The notes beneath the pieces are model-generated. The model saw only the letters and a program-made list of their open reading frames with translations. It was not told the DNA's origin and made no database searches. A DNA stretch of 33,570 nucleotides from a virus: the IMG/VR virus record IMGVR_UViG_3300004829_000003, one strand, 5' to 3'. Shown piece by piece: positions 32,787-33,570 of the stretch (position 1 is the stretch's first letter; the number at the start of each line of letters is the position of its first letter). Position numbers and translations under genes: made by a program.

Positions 32787-32941
32787 TACTTACCTACCTT
32801 CTTTTGTGCTTCTTTATGAGCAGCGGTAAATGATTTTCCATTTTTCATTAACTTACGCATCAACTTCATGTGCTTGGCTGTATGATGAACAGAGTGTTTT
32901 TTTAATGTGCTTGTTTGTCTCTTGGTCAACATAGAAGCCAT
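32786..32941 (-). CDS. Basic, His-rich 51-aa micro-protein
   Basis: Hand translation MASMLTKRQTSTLKKHSVHHTAKHMKLMRKLMKNGKSFTAAHKEAQKKVGK. TAATG overlaps at both ends. Confidence 0.55.
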   Translation of the reverse strand: MASMLTKRQTSTLKKHSVHHTAKHMKLMRKLMKNGKSFTAAHKEAQKKVGK

Positions 32942-33144
32942 TATACCTTACCCTCTTTTTGTTGTATGCACTCTTTTGCTGTTATTTTAGATAAAGGAAT
33001 CTTTTGATGAATAGTAAATTCCATTTCCTTTAACCTATTTAAGCATTGCTCTTCTTTAATGTATGGCCCTTCTGTGTCTTGGGCAATGAGACATTGTTGC
33101 CCACCAAAAGCAACCCAACAAAAAAGAAGAGATGCATAAAACAT
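32941..33144 (-). CDS. Small Cys-containing protein with hydrophobic N-terminus (67 aa)
   Basis: Track ORF with MFYASLLFCWVAFGG leader and four Cys. TAATG overlaps at both ends. Confidence 0.55.
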   Translation of the reverse strand: MFYASLLFCWVAFGGQQCLIAQDTEGPYIKEEQCLNRLKEMEFTIHQKIPLSKITAKECIQQKEGKV

Positions 33145-33251
33145 TAATAACCGCGAGAATAGTTGCCAGCAGCAGGTTTACGCTTGGCTGGCATTTTCTT
33201 TTTAGGAGGTGCTTTTTTGACCATTGGCTTTTTGCCTTTTCCCATTGGCAT
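33144..33251 (-). CDS. Extremely basic 35-aa micro-ORF
   Basis: Hand translation MPMGKGKKPMVKKAPPKKKMPAKRKPAAGNYSRGY (12 K/R, no acidic residues). The stop overlaps the next ATG (TAATG). Confidence 0.45.
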   Translation of the reverse strand: MPMGKGKKPMVKKAPPKKKMPAKRKPAAGNYSRGY

Positions 33252-33252
33252 C

Positions 33253-33357
33253 TTACTTACCTTTCTTCTTTGCTTTCATAATTCTAGCTTGCAATGCTTT
33301 AGGCAGTGTCTTTTGTTTTGCCGTAAGCGGTGACTTAGCTGCTTTCTTTTTCATCAT
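33253..33357 (-). CDS. Extremely basic 34-aa micro-ORF
   Basis: Hand translation MMKKKAAKSPLTAKQKTLPKALQARIMKAKKKGK (13 K/R). It starts 1 nt after the upstream stop and ends 1 nt before the next ATG. Confidence 0.45.
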   Translation of the reverse strand: MMKKKAAKSPLTAKQKTLPKALQARIMKAKKKGK

Positions 33358-33358
33358 T

Positions 33359-33570
33359 TTAATATCCTTTAAACATGTGACGAATTGCTCTTGCTATGCT
33401 AGGGCCACGCTTACCTTCAGCGGCAACTCTGCTTCCAGACACGCCACCTAACAATGAATAAGCCATTTGTTTTCTTTTTTGAGACATGCCTCTTTCTTTT
33501 AATTTTCTTGATAACAAAGAAACTTCATCAGTAACAGTTGGCTGGTCTTCTCTTTTTTTAACAACAGCAA
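33359..33570 (-). CDS. 3' part of the junction-spanning 121-aa ORF (see 1..277)
   Basis: In frame with 277..1 through the repeat. It ends ...MAYSLLGGVSGSRVAAEGKRGPSIARAIRHMFKGY, with TAA at 33361..33359. Confidence 0.6.
   Translation of the reverse strand, partial: AVVKKREDQPTVTDEVSLLSRKLKERGMSQKRKQMAYSLLGGVSGSRVAAEGKRGPSIARAIRHMFKGY
33448..33570. repeat. Second copy of the 123-bp terminal direct repeat
   Basis: Exact match to 1..123. Confidence 0.95.

Overview
The window is a complete, circularly closed dsDNA phage genome. Its unique length is about 33,447 bp: bases 1-123 recur exactly at 33448-33570, inside an ORF that reads through the junction. Two divergent arms leave a 0.88-kb GC-rich, ORF-free hub (2878-3756). 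The plus arm (3757-11253) is an early/DNA-metabolism arm. It carries an ArdC-like protein, two small HTH regulators, an Hjc-like PD-(D/E)XK resolvase, a YqaJ-like exonuclease, an ERF-type annealing protein, an atypical SSB ending in DDDIPF, and many small unknowns. I see no DNA polymerase, primase, helicase, RNA polymerase, integrase, tRNA or CRISPR array. The minus arm (2877 down through the junction to 11174) is one long operon with pervasive TAATG/ATGA start-stop overlaps. In order it encodes a TerS-like protein, about 13 small ORFs (several extremely basic, five below the 60-aa track cutoff), TerL and a T7-type portal. These are followed by a Bbp19-like protein, scaffold, capsid, tail tubular A/B, three internal virion proteins and a tail fibre with about 25 decapeptide repeats. 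The operon ends with three tandem paralogous fibre-tip-like genes, holin/endolysin and an HTH-metallophosphoesterase. The most unusual signal is the GC-rich hub, which holds more than a dozen perfect, partly nested hairpins including a GNRA-capped three-helix element in the early leader. That density is far above my rough chance expectation, and I read it as a candidate large structured RNA or a novel control/origin/packaging element. All functional calls rest on motifs recognised by eye and on gene order. No database search was run.
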